NCBI GenBank assembly: GCA_045580735.1
Contig: JAZNOJ010000103.1
Coordinates: forward strand, 225-64,224
Source: Candidatus Egerieisoma sp.
Lineage (GTDB): Bacteria > Bacillota > Clostridia > UBA1212 > UBA1255
Direction of reading: 5' to 3'
DNA: 64,000 nucleotides
In this document: positions 37,967 to 47,063 of the stretch, piece by piece
How the letters are laid out: each line of letters starts with the position of its first letter
Position numbering within the stretch: the first letter of the stretch is position 1
Notes under the pieces: generated by a model
Seen by the model: the letters and a program-made list of their open reading frames with translations, nothing else
Told to the model about the DNA's origin: nothing
Databases searched by the model: none
Translations under genes and position numbers: made by a program

Positions 37967-40417
37967 TTAATCTACATTTTCTGGCATTTGAGATATAAGC
38001 ACTTGTCTAGGATTGTTACCATCACGGCAACTAATATATCCCTTGCTTTCAAGCTGGTCAATTATTCTTGATGCTCTACTATAGCCAAGACCCAACTTTC
38101 TTTGTAAAAAAGATGCTGAAATCTGTTTTGTATCTATAGCAATTTGCAAAGCATCATAAAAAAGTTCATCTACATCACTATCAGCACCTGACGAAGCAGA
38201 CAAAGAACCTTTTTTCCCTTTTTCAGGAATTTTCGCATTTTCAACCTCAGAGCTAACCTGCTCATCATAAACAGCTTCTCCATATGATGTCTGCAAAAAT
38301 TTAACTACATTTTCTATCTCCTCATCTGAAACAAATCCGCCCTGCGCTCTTGTCGCTTGTAAAGCGCCAACCGGATGATAAAGCATATCTCCACGTCCCA
38401 AAAGCTTTTCAGCACCCGCAAAGTCCAATATGGTTCTTGAGTCTACCTGCGACGCAACCTTAAATGCAATTCTCGAAGGAATATTTGCTTTAATCAATCC
38501 TGTAATAACGTCAACCGAAGGTCTTTGTGTTGCAACCACCAAATGCAGTCCTGCAGCTCTAGCCTTTGCCGCAAGTCTGTTAATAGCATCTTCGACAGAG
38601 TCTCTTGCAACCATCATAAGGTCAGCCAGCTCATCAATAACAATAAGAATTCTAGGCATCTTGTCCATGTTATTTTCATAAGCATAATTATTATATGCAG
38701 TAATTTCTCTTAATCCAAATTTTGCAAATTGCTTATATCTGTTCTCCATTTCCTGGACTGCCCACGCAAGCGCCGCCGCAGCTTTTTTAGGCTCAGTGAC
38801 TACAGGAATAAGTAAGTGAGGTATTCCATTATAAATACCAAGCTCAACCACCTTAGGATCTATCATAATCATACGAACATCGTCAGGTGAAGCCTTATAC
38901 AATATACTCACAATCATACAATTTATACAAACACTTTTACCCGATCCAGTCGAACCAGCTATTAACAAATGTGGCATTTTGGCAATATCTGCAATAATAG
39001 GTCTTCCTGAAATCTCTTCACCAACACAAAAAGCCAATGATGACTTATGATTCATAAATGTGTCTGTTTCAATAAGATCTCTTAAAAATACTGTTTGCAC
39101 TTCCTCGTTAGGAATTTCAATACCGATTGCTGCCTTTCCTGGAATTGGCGCTTCGATTCGTATACCAGGAGCTGCTAAATTCAATGCAATATCATCTGAT
39201 AGATTCTTAATACGACTTACTTTAACTCCAGAATGAGGTTGAAGCTCATATTGCGTAACGGTTGAGCCTCTAGAAATATGAATTACCTTTGCTTCTACTC
39301 CAAAGCTGCGCATAACTGCTTCAAGCTTTCTTGCAACTCTAGCTGCTTGTTTTCTATGCTCCTCATGAAGATCATCCGATTCAGGATTAGCATTAAGAAG
39401 AGAAAATGCAGGTGAATCATATATAGTATCAAATTTGCTTGTTGTGATTTTTAATTCTGTAGCTTCCTTAGGTGGAGAAATAGTTTCTACTGTTTCGTCC
39501 ATTCCTGGAAGAATAGTTGGAATCGCCTCTACTGGTTCTTTATTAAGTTCCTCATCGTTATGAAGATTTTCTGCCTGCTCTACTCTTTTCTTTCTTTTTC
39601 GATTCGCTGAGGTTTCAAACTCAAAATCCATTGTATAAGCATCATTCATGTCATTAAACGAATTATCCAAGGCTTCATCAACTTCATCTCTTACATTATC
39701 TTGAATATCATTTCTTACAGGCTTTTGTTTCTTATCATTTTTAGTAGCAGGAGAGGTATTTTCTTTATTGTTATCTTCTTTAAAACGCTCTTTTACACCC
39801 TTAAACCAATTGCCTACACTTTTGGCTCCAACCGCCGCCTTATCTGCAACATTAGAAACAGAAAAGGAAAACAAAAATACAGCTAATACCAATATAGAAG
39901 GAATCAAAACTACAAGTGCACCAGCTTTCTCAAAAAACTTCTGCAAAATGCAGCTTATACCGCCACCTATTACGCCTCCAAGATTGGATTTCCACAATGC
40001 TTCAAAAAGCTGAAAGAAGCTCAGAGAAGCATACTCCTCACTATAATTACTTCCCAATGTATGCAAAAGAGTAGAAAGAAGTAAAGTAAAAGAAGCAATC
40101 AAAACACATCTTTTGGTACTAAATACCGAATTTTCTGTACCACGAAGCAAGCTCCATGATAAGACAAAAACAAGTAAAGTTAGAATGATAGTTGCTACAC
40201 TACCAAATAGACCTTTAAACAAGCCTATAAAAAGCTGACCTATAATTCCTGTTTTGCCAAAAAGAGAAAAAACCATAAAAACACCAATAGCACACAAAAT
40301 TATAGCAGAAATTTCCTTATGCTTATTATTTTGTTTAACCTTAACTGGTGCTTTCTTTTTGTTAGCGCCATTTTTAGTACTTGATACCTGATTTATCTTT
40401 CGTTTACCGTCACTCAA
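37967..40417 (-). CDS. ftsK: DNA translocase FtsK/SpoIIIE; TTG start
   Basis: 816 aa. N-terminal TM block, linker, motor with Walker A GSTGSGKSVCIN and Walker B ILIVIDELADL, gamma winged helix SASFLQRKLGLGYSRASRIIDQLE. RBS AAGGAGG lies 9 nt from the TTG. Confidence 0.93.
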   Translation of the reverse strand: MSDGKRKINQVSSTKNGANKKKAPVKVKQNNKHKEISAIILCAIGVFMVFSLFGKTGIIGQLFIGLFKGLFGSVATIILTLLVFVLSWSLLRGTENSVFSTKRCVLIASFTLLLSTLLHTLGSNYSEEYASLSFFQLFEALWKSNLGGVIGGGISCILQKFFEKAGALVVLIPSILVLAVFLFSFSVSNVADKAAVGAKSVGNWFKGVKERFKEDNNKENTSPATKNDKKQKPVRNDIQDNVRDEVDEALDNSFNDMNDAYTMDFEFETSANRKRKKRVEQAENLHNDEELNKEPVEAIPTILPGMDETVETISPPKEATELKITTSKFDTIYDSPAFSLLNANPESDDLHEEHRKQAARVARKLEAVMRSFGVEAKVIHISRGSTVTQYELQPHSGVKVSRIKNLSDDIALNLAAPGIRIEAPIPGKAAIGIEIPNEEVQTVFLRDLIETDTFMNHKSSLAFCVGEEISGRPIIADIAKMPHLLIAGSTGSGKSVCINCMIVSILYKASPDDVRMIMIDPKVVELGIYNGIPHLLIPVVTEPKKAAAALAWAVQEMENRYKQFAKFGLREITAYNNYAYENNMDKMPRILIVIDELADLMMVARDSVEDAINRLAAKARAAGLHLVVATQRPSVDVITGLIKANIPSRIAFKVASQVDSRTILDFAGAEKLLGRGDMLYHPVGALQATRAQGGFVSDEEIENVVKFLQTSYGEAVYDEQVSSEVENAKIPEKGKKGSLSASSGADSDVDELFYDALQIAIDTKQISASFLQRKLGLGYSRASRIIDQLESKGYISCRDGNNPRQVLISQMPENVD

Positions 40418-40581
40418 TTTACTTTTCCTCCTTGGCTTTTTAACAGCTCAATTATACTACAGTACTTTTTTTACCGCAACATAAATCCGTATATGCTTTT
40501 TATCGCTATAAAAAAGTTACTCGTTAGGACGATTTTCTAAAACCCTTTGCCGCTACAGAGCAAAAAATATACCTACCAAGA

Positions 40582-40809
40582 TTGATAGGTGACGATGTGC
40601 ATTTCAAATATGAGTGTTATTTTTTAAAGATATACATTCAGGTTTCGGACAAGATAACCCATCCAGACACCTTTAGTCACGAAGTAGATACTCTGCTAAG
40701 AATTAAAGATGTCTATCTTAAAACAGTGTTCGCAAGAATAAGAAATCTCGAATATCAATATGAGGGTGTTAGAGTTATTGCCGTGGCAGATTGTATGCTG
40801 AACAAATAA
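40582..40809 (+). pseudogene. 3' fragment of an AAA-ATPase/DUF4143-type gene
   Basis: 75-aa ORF ...YIQVSDKITHPDTFSHEVDTLLRIKDVYLKTVFAR...YEGVRVIAVADCML. This matches the C-terminal pattern of DUF4143 ATPases as I recall it (YIQV...t..RE...L..I.D.ypK......GI..i...d.L). No N-terminal ATPase part is present. Confidence 0.4.
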
Positions 40810-40894
40810 CAACTTCCCAAAAACGAAAAATTTACAAATTTGTATAACGCAATTATTATCCCACATATGTTTTTTCGCTGTTCATTTTAAAATA

Positions 40895-42925
40895 TTATAG
40901 TTGTATTCTATCCGGATATTTTTTGCATATATAAGATATAAAATCTTGGTTTATTTCTTTATTCTTAAGGACTTCTTTTGCTGCCTCTCCTGCTAACTTC
41001 AAAAGCTCTACATCAGCATATAAATCTGCAATTTTTAAATTAGGTATACCATGCTGCTCTACTCCAAAAAAATCTCCCGGACCACGAATTTCCAAATCTT
41101 TTTCCGATAACATAAAGCCATCTGAAGATTTTTCCATAATTTTCATACGTTCTGTTACTTTTTCTGAGAAAAGTATGCAATATGATTGAATATCATTTCT
41201 TCCTACTCTACCGCGTAATTGATGGAGCTGTGACAAACCAAACCTCTGTGCATTTTCAATCACCATTATAACAGCATTAGGCACATCTACACCTACCTCA
41301 ACAACCGTTGTACTGAACAAAATTTGTATTTTCCCATCCTTAAAATCTCGCATAACAGATTCCTTTTGTAAAGCTGTCATTTTACCATGCAAAAGACCAC
41401 AAGAAATGCCAGAAAAAACGCCTTTGGACATACTTTCATACGAATCTATTGCACTGCGAAGCTGCATCGTTTCACTTTCTTCAATTAATGGATAAACCAT
41501 ATAAACCTGTCGTCCTTCTTCAGCTACCTCTCTAATTCTTTTACACACCTTATCGTATTTCGAATAATCAAAGGCATATGTTTTTATTTCTTTTCTCCCC
41601 GGCAATGTTGTTTTAATTGTAGAAATATCCATATCACCATAAAGAATTAGGGCAAGTGTTCTAGGAATGGGCGTTGCTGTCATAACTAACACATCAGGCA
41701 TTGTTTTTTGGTTAGAAAGTGCTGCTCTTTGGCGCACACCAAAACGATGCTGTTCATCCGTAATTGCAATTCCTAAGTTGTGATATTTTACAGATGGCTG
41801 TATTAAAGCATGGGTTCCAATTATGCATTTAGCTTCTCCACTCTCAATTTTTGAAAGTACTTCCTTTTTTTCTTTTTGTGAAAGTGAGCCTGTAAGCAAT
41901 ACAGGTTTAATTCCCGTTTCAAGAAGCAAATTGCTAATGTTAAAAAAATGTTGCTCAGCTAAAATCTCTGTTGGTGCCATATATACACCTTGATATCCTG
42001 AAAGGCATGCCTTTAATAATGACATTACAGCTAAAATTGTTTTTCCGGAACCAACATCTCCCATAACAAGTCTGTTCATAGCTTTATCATTATCCATATC
42101 CTTTGATATTTCCTGCCATACAGAAATCTGTTCGTTAGTAAGCTCAAATGGTAATGATTTTATAAATTTATCAATATCATTATCGTAATTATCATTTTTG
42201 AACGAAATGCCACATCTGTCGTTATAATTTTTTTCTTTCACTAAAAAAAGCATAAGTTGTATTGTAAATAGTTCCTCAAATTTTAGCCTTTTTCTGCTTC
42301 GTGATGCCATTTGAATATTTTGTGGAAAATGAACATTTCTTATAGCATCGCCTCTATTTAACAAAGAGTACTTTTCAATAATACTCTTTGGCAAGGTCTC
42401 ATAATCTATAGGTTCTACAAGCATTGCCTCGGTAATAATTTTTCGTATAATATTTTGTGTAAGCCCATTTGTCAGGGGATAAATTGGCTGTATCCTAAAA
42501 AATTTTTCATCCCATTTATCTTCATATTTCGTAAATACCGGATTTACCATATGAAATCCATACTGATTTTTCTCAACCTTACCATAAAATGCATAAAGCT
42601 CCCCCGTTTCAAATTTATGCATACCATACTTGCCACCAAAAACAGATATATTCATTTGTCCTGTTTCATCATAAATCTGTAAATTTGAAACTGATACTGT
42701 GCGGTTAATTTTTTTTAATGTATTTTTTCTTATATAAGCACAAACAGTACAACTCTTATCCTGTATCATATCTGAAATTTTACAAATATTAGTTCTGTTT
42801 TCATATTTCACTGGATATAAAGAAATAAGCTCCTCTAATGTATTAACACCTAAATTATGAAGCTGCGCCGCACGAGCCTCTTTAACACCCTTTAAAAAAG
42901 TAACCGGCACTGACAAATTTATCAC
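40895..42925 (-). CDS. recG: ATP-dependent DNA helicase RecG
   Basis: 676 aa. Wedge/OB N-terminus, motif I GDVGSGKT, motif II TDEQHRFG, QLHQLRGRVGR. The start is GTG at 42925 or TTG at 42916. Confidence 0.93.
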   Translation of the reverse strand: MINLSVPVTFLKGVKEARAAQLHNLGVNTLEELISLYPVKYENRTNICKISDMIQDKSCTVCAYIRKNTLKKINRTVSVSNLQIYDETGQMNISVFGGKYGMHKFETGELYAFYGKVEKNQYGFHMVNPVFTKYEDKWDEKFFRIQPIYPLTNGLTQNIIRKIITEAMLVEPIDYETLPKSIIEKYSLLNRGDAIRNVHFPQNIQMASRSRKRLKFEELFTIQLMLFLVKEKNYNDRCGISFKNDNYDNDIDKFIKSLPFELTNEQISVWQEISKDMDNDKAMNRLVMGDVGSGKTILAVMSLLKACLSGYQGVYMAPTEILAEQHFFNISNLLLETGIKPVLLTGSLSQKEKKEVLSKIESGEAKCIIGTHALIQPSVKYHNLGIAITDEQHRFGVRQRAALSNQKTMPDVLVMTATPIPRTLALILYGDMDISTIKTTLPGRKEIKTYAFDYSKYDKVCKRIREVAEEGRQVYMVYPLIEESETMQLRSAIDSYESMSKGVFSGISCGLLHGKMTALQKESVMRDFKDGKIQILFSTTVVEVGVDVPNAVIMVIENAQRFGLSQLHQLRGRVGRNDIQSYCILFSEKVTERMKIMEKSSDGFMLSEKDLEIRGPGDFFGVEQHGIPNLKIADLYADVELLKLAGEAAKEVLKNKEINQDFISYICKKYPDRIQL

Positions 42926-43053
42926 CTCTAGCTTATTATAAATGATTGCTTTCGCTATGACAAATAAATTAATGCAGTATTAAGCAAATTTAATTTCCCC
43001 AGATTGACAAATATTTTACCCTGTCTTATACTTTTCGTTGTGAGGTGTATTAA

Positions 43054-43620
43054 ATGATACGTGTAGTTGCAGGCAGTGCTGGCGGATTAAAGCTTCAAAC
43101 ACTTTCGTCAGATAACACAAAGCCTACATTAGATAGAGTCAAAGAAGCTGTTTTTAGTATGCTGCGTGATGATATTTACGGAGCTACTGTTTTAGACCTT
43201 TTTTCAGGTAGTGGTGCACTCGGCATTGAGGCATTAAGCCGCGGTGCTTCTAAATGTTATTTTAATGACAAGAGCAAGGATTGTTTTTTATGTATAAAAA
43301 ACAATCTAAATCATACACACCTTATGGAAAAAGCTGAAATTAATTGCTTTGATTACACAGAAGCTCTTGCATATTATAAGAAAAAAGATATTAAATTTGA
43401 TTTAGTACTCCTTGACCCACCTTATAAAAAGGAGCTTTATGAGGAAGTAATCACCCTTCTTGTAAAAATGAGACTTCTTTCAGAAATGTGTACTATTATG
43501 TGCGAACACAGCACTGACACAAAACTTCCCGATAAGATTTTTGGTTTTCAGGCAAGCAAATCAAAAAAATATGGAACAGTAAGTATAACACTTTATAGAA
43601 ACGAGGAATATTATGAATAA
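43054..43620 (+). CDS. rsmD: 16S rRNA (guanine966-N2)-methyltransferase
   Basis: 188 aa. [38 protein letters not shown]. Confidence 0.9.
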   Translation: MIRVVAGSAGGLKLQTLSSDNTKPTLDRVKEAVFSMLRDDIYGATVLDLFSGSGALGIEALSRGASKCYFNDKSKDCFLCIKNNLNHTHLMEKAEINCFDYTEALAYYKKKDIKFDLVLLDPPYKKELYEEVITLLVKMRLLSEMCTIMCEHSTDTKLPDKIFGFQASKSKKYGTVSITLYRNEEYYE

Positions 43621-44101
43621 AAACATAAAAATTGCAGTATATCCTGGTAGCTTTGATCCATTAACTAATGGACATTTAGATATTATACGAAGAGCTTCAA
43701 AATTATTCGATTTTGTAATAGTAGGAGTTTTAACAAATAGTGCAAAAAAGCCGATTTTTTCTAAAGAGGAAAGAGTATCGATGATAAAAAAATGCACTCA
43801 AGACCTTGACAATATTGATGTAAAAATGTTTGATGGTCTTTTAGTGGATTTTGTTCGTGAAAACAACGCTGTTGCAATAGTAAAGGGTTTGCGTGCTGTT
43901 TCAGACTATGAATATGAGCTTCAAATGGCTGCATTAAATAAACATATTGCCGATGAAATCGAAACAGTTTTCTTAATGGCTACTGTCCAAAATTCTTTCT
44001 TAAGCTCTAGTATCGTAAAAGAGCTTGCTAGAAACGGTGGCAACATTACCGGTCTTGTCCCCGATCAAATAATTGATGATATAATGGCAAAAATCTATTA
44101 A
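43613..44101 (+). CDS. coaD: pantetheine-phosphate adenylyltransferase
   Basis: 162 aa. [26 protein letters not shown]. 8-nt overlap with rsmD. Confidence 0.95.
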   Translation: MNKNIKIAVYPGSFDPLTNGHLDIIRRASKLFDFVIVGVLTNSAKKPIFSKEERVSMIKKCTQDLDNIDVKMFDGLLVDFVRENNAVAIVKGLRAVSDYEYELQMAALNKHIADEIETVFLMATVQNSFLSSSIVKELARNGGNITGLVPDQIIDDIMAKIY

Positions 44102-44166
44102 TTAAAGCGAAAATTCCTATACTAATGATTTTAGAAGAATTATTACTATTTAAGTGAGGTTTTATT

Positions 44167-44922
44167 ATGTCCATAAATGTTATTTCACAAAATGTTATGT
44201 GTTGGGAAAAAGAAGAACTAGGCACATATAAGATTAGACGTCCCCTTTTAAAACGCGTTTTTAATAATTATGATGCAGATATCATAGGAATGCAAGAAGT
44301 TACAGAAAGATGGGAAAAATACTTTGATAATGATTTGAAAAATTTCGACAAATTACTCGTATACAGGAGCGAATCGTCAAAGGAAGCTGTTCCTATTTAT
44401 TGGAATAAAAATAAATTAACAGTTGTTGACTCTGGTTATTTTTGGCTTTCGGAAACTCCTGAAGTATCATCAAGCAGTTGGAATTCAGGGTGTGTAAGAA
44501 TTACCTGTTGGGTTTTATTTAAAATCAAGGAATCTGGTAAAGTATTTGCCTTTGTAAATACACATTTAGATCATGCAAGTGAGCTTGCAAGAATTAATGG
44601 AATTAAACTCATAGACAGTTTTATAAAAAACAAGTTTGGAAGTGACATACCTCTTGTTCTAACAGGAGATTTCAATTCCTCACCTAACTCCGAAACAATA
44701 AAAACTGCGAATAATTTTCTTAATGACACTAGACATATTGCAAGCAAAACTACTACAGATCTTACATTTCACGCATATCAGCCTGATGCAAATGTTATTA
44801 TTGATTACATTTTTGTAAGTAAGAATATCAAATGCTCTGAATTCAAAATTATAAAAGAGTTAGATGATAAAGGCAGACCTCAGTCAGACCATTTTGGTGT
44901 ATTTGCCAAGCTAGATCTATAA
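44167..44922 (+). CDS. endonuclease/exonuclease/phosphatase (EEP) family protein
   Basis: 251 aa. IGMQEV, NTHLDH, TGDFNS, SDHFGV catalytic pattern. Confidence 0.85.
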   Translation: MSINVISQNVMCWEKEELGTYKIRRPLLKRVFNNYDADIIGMQEVTERWEKYFDNDLKNFDKLLVYRSESSKEAVPIYWNKNKLTVVDSGYFWLSETPEVSSSSWNSGCVRITCWVLFKIKESGKVFAFVNTHLDHASELARINGIKLIDSFIKNKFGSDIPLVLTGDFNSSPNSETIKTANNFLNDTRHIASKTTTDLTFHAYQPDANVIIDYIFVSKNIKCSEFKIIKELDDKGRPQSDHFGVFAKLDL

Positions 44923-44946
44923 AATAGCTAATATATTTAACAAAAA

Positions 44947-44985
44947 AATTCACGGCCTATTTTTATAAGCCGTGAATTTTAATTT
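44947..44985. terminator. bidirectional Rho-independent terminator between convergent genes
   Basis: AAAAAAATTCACGGC-12 nt loop-GCCGTGAATTTTAATTT: a 10-bp perfect stem with an A-tract and a T-tract. Confidence 0.75.
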
Positions 44986-44999
44986 ATGGAATTATTTTA

Positions 45000-46976
45000 T
45001 CAAGCTCCAAAGTAATATGCTGCTCTACCGATAGGTGCTGCATCACCAGTCTTGTAGAATCCAAATACATCTCCTTCTGTGCAATTATCAGCCCATTTGA
45101 AGCCAATATTCGCACTACCTTTAATTCCAAGATCTGCCTTAGGAATCTTAACCATCATCATATTTCCGCTTACACGGTAATCGACTGTAGAAACATCACT
45201 TACAGAATAATCTGCGCTATCAGCTAATTTTCCTAAATATGCTTTATCGCTTTCAGGTGTCTTGTAGTTTAATACATAATTAAAGCCATCCCAGCCTGTT
45301 GTATTTCCAGTAGAAATATAAAGATTCATCCAATTATTACCTTCTGCTGCTGTTATATCTTCAACTGTCTTGACAAAGAAGTATAGATTCTCTGCATCTT
45401 GAGAAACCTTCATTTCTTCAATGTCGTTTCTACCTGATTTGTCCTCATACTTTTCATTCTCAAAGCCAGCTTTTTTACGATCAACAGTATCGTCTACATA
45501 ATCCTTATAATATGAAACTACATTATTCCATTGTGAAAAGCCTGCTGTAACATCAATTGTCTTACATGTAACATCAACTTTACCTGCATTTCCCTTATAT
45601 TGACGAATATATGACATCATTTGAATATAATAGTTATCACCATAACCGCCCTCCATAGGCTCTACATCACGGCTGCCATTTGGATCTGAGCAATCTACAA
45701 AATGGATAGGCTCGCCCTGGAATTCTGCTGGTTGTCTTTGAGCAACCCATTCATTCCAACCTGTAATGAAAATAATTTCAGGATCAATGCCTAGTGCCCA
45801 TTCAAACTGCTCCGCAAAGTTGTATCCATAGAGATACGCATTTTCAGATGTGTCATTTGCACCATCATGCCAGCTTCTTGTTCTGTCGTTATGTCCATAC
45901 CATGATGTAGCACTGAATGAAACCGTGTCAGAGTGTTGAGCTAAAGAAACACTAACAACTTCTTTACGTCCATTCATTCCATATACAGCCTTGTCTGTAT
46001 AAATTCTATCGAACTGCTCACCAAACTGGTCATCGAATTCCATCCAAGGGAAACCATCATCTTTTCTTTCTTCTATAGGCCATTGACTTTCTTTAATGCG
46101 GAAAAAGTCTTTAACCTCTGTGCTCGCCTCTGCTGATTTACCTATAATCATAGGCTTACCATCCCAGTTAAACCAAAGATGTGAATACTCAGGATATTTT
46201 TCATAAATAGACTTATAAATATTATCCATTGTTGAACCACTGTCTGTATTTGTCATAAATGCAATCTTTGGAACGTCCCAGCCAGCTTGATAATATTCGT
46301 CAAGAATCTGAATGAATCTCTTAGCTGATTGTGTATAAGGATAACCATTTGTTGTATCGAAAACAACAAAATCTATGTCTGCATCTGTAAGCATTTGTAC
46401 ATGCTTTCTCATAACCCATTTATCACTTTGAACATAATATCCAAACATAGGCTTGCCCCAGAAATGGTGTTCGCCTATTTGTCCACCACCAGCCGCAATC
46501 CAACCTGCCTCTGACTCAAGAGCACCTGGTTTCTGTGAAATTAAGCTGTTATCATATGGACCTTTAGTACCATGCTGGCCAGCCCACAAGAAATAGAATA
46601 TGCCCACATAACGATCGTCCTTTAATTTACCATCAGTAATAGTAAGCTTTCTTTCTAAATCGTCTACTGCCGTAACAGAGCTGTTTTTATATTCTACTGT
46701 ATTAGCATAATTGTCATCACTTTCTTTATCAGCCTCAATTTCAACAGCATTTTCAGGTAATTCTACTTCAGTATTTTCATTACTATCCTCAGGAGTTTTT
46801 GTAGCTTCTGGAGCAGAAGTTTGCTGTGTAGAGCCACTCTCACTAGAAGCCTGCTGTGTAGAACCACTTTCGCTCGGCTTCTCGCCATCTGAGCAGCCAG
46901 CAAGTCCTAGCACGGTACACAAAACAAGCATCCATGCAAGAATAGCCATTTTTTTACTAAATCTTCTTTGTTTCAT
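45000..46976 (-). CDS. secreted lipoprotein, putative glycoside hydrolase-like TIM-barrel plus C-terminal beta-rich domain
   Basis: Lipobox LGLAGC. Ser/Thr/Gln-rich duplicated linker. Core with HHFWGKPMFGYYVQSDKWVMRKHVQMLTDADIDFVVFDTTN and FITGWNEWVAQ, which resembles GH71/GH99-like folds; the family is not assigned. The ATG at 46976 is preferred (AGGA then 5 nt); the ORF track starts at 46988. Confidence 0.6.
   Translation of the reverse strand: MKQRRFSKKMAILAWMLVLCTVLGLAGCSDGEKPSESGSTQQASSESGSTQQTSAPEATKTPEDSNENTEVELPENAVEIEADKESDDNYANTVEYKNSSVTAVDDLERKLTITDGKLKDDRYVGIFYFLWAGQHGTKGPYDNSLISQKPGALESEAGWIAAGGGQIGEHHFWGKPMFGYYVQSDKWVMRKHVQMLTDADIDFVVFDTTNGYPYTQSAKRFIQILDEYYQAGWDVPKIAFMTNTDSGSTMDNIYKSIYEKYPEYSHLWFNWDGKPMIIGKSAEASTEVKDFFRIKESQWPIEERKDDGFPWMEFDDQFGEQFDRIYTDKAVYGMNGRKEVVSVSLAQHSDTVSFSATSWYGHNDRTRSWHDGANDTSENAYLYGYNFAEQFEWALGIDPEIIFITGWNEWVAQRQPAEFQGEPIHFVDCSDPNGSRDVEPMEGGYGDNYYIQMMSYIRQYKGNAGKVDVTCKTIDVTAGFSQWNNVVSYYKDYVDDTVDRKKAGFENEKYEDKSGRNDIEEMKVSQDAENLYFFVKTVEDITAAEGNNWMNLYISTGNTTGWDGFNYVLNYKTPESDKAYLGKLADSADYSVSDVSTVDYRVSGNMMMVKIPKADLGIKGSANIGFKWADNCTEGDVFGFYKTGDAAPIGRAAYYFGA
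46815..46874 (-). repeat. 30-nt tandem duplication inside the lipoprotein linker (SESGSTQQAS / SESGSTQQTS)
   Basis: Two adjacent units, agaagtttgctgtgtagagccactctcact and agaagcctgctgtgtagaaccactttcgct (plus strand), about 24/30 identical. Confidence 0.85.
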
Positions 46977-47063
46977 AGCAATCCTCATTTCTTAAAAATA
47001 TTTAAAGATTTTTGTCAACATTGAACATTTTAACACAAGAATTATCATGTTGCAATTAATGTT

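Noticed and set aside
46815-46874. Tandem 30-nt repeat as a possible CRISPR-like or regulatory repeat
   Set aside because: There are only two units, they are in frame inside a coding region, and they encode a duplicated linker peptide.
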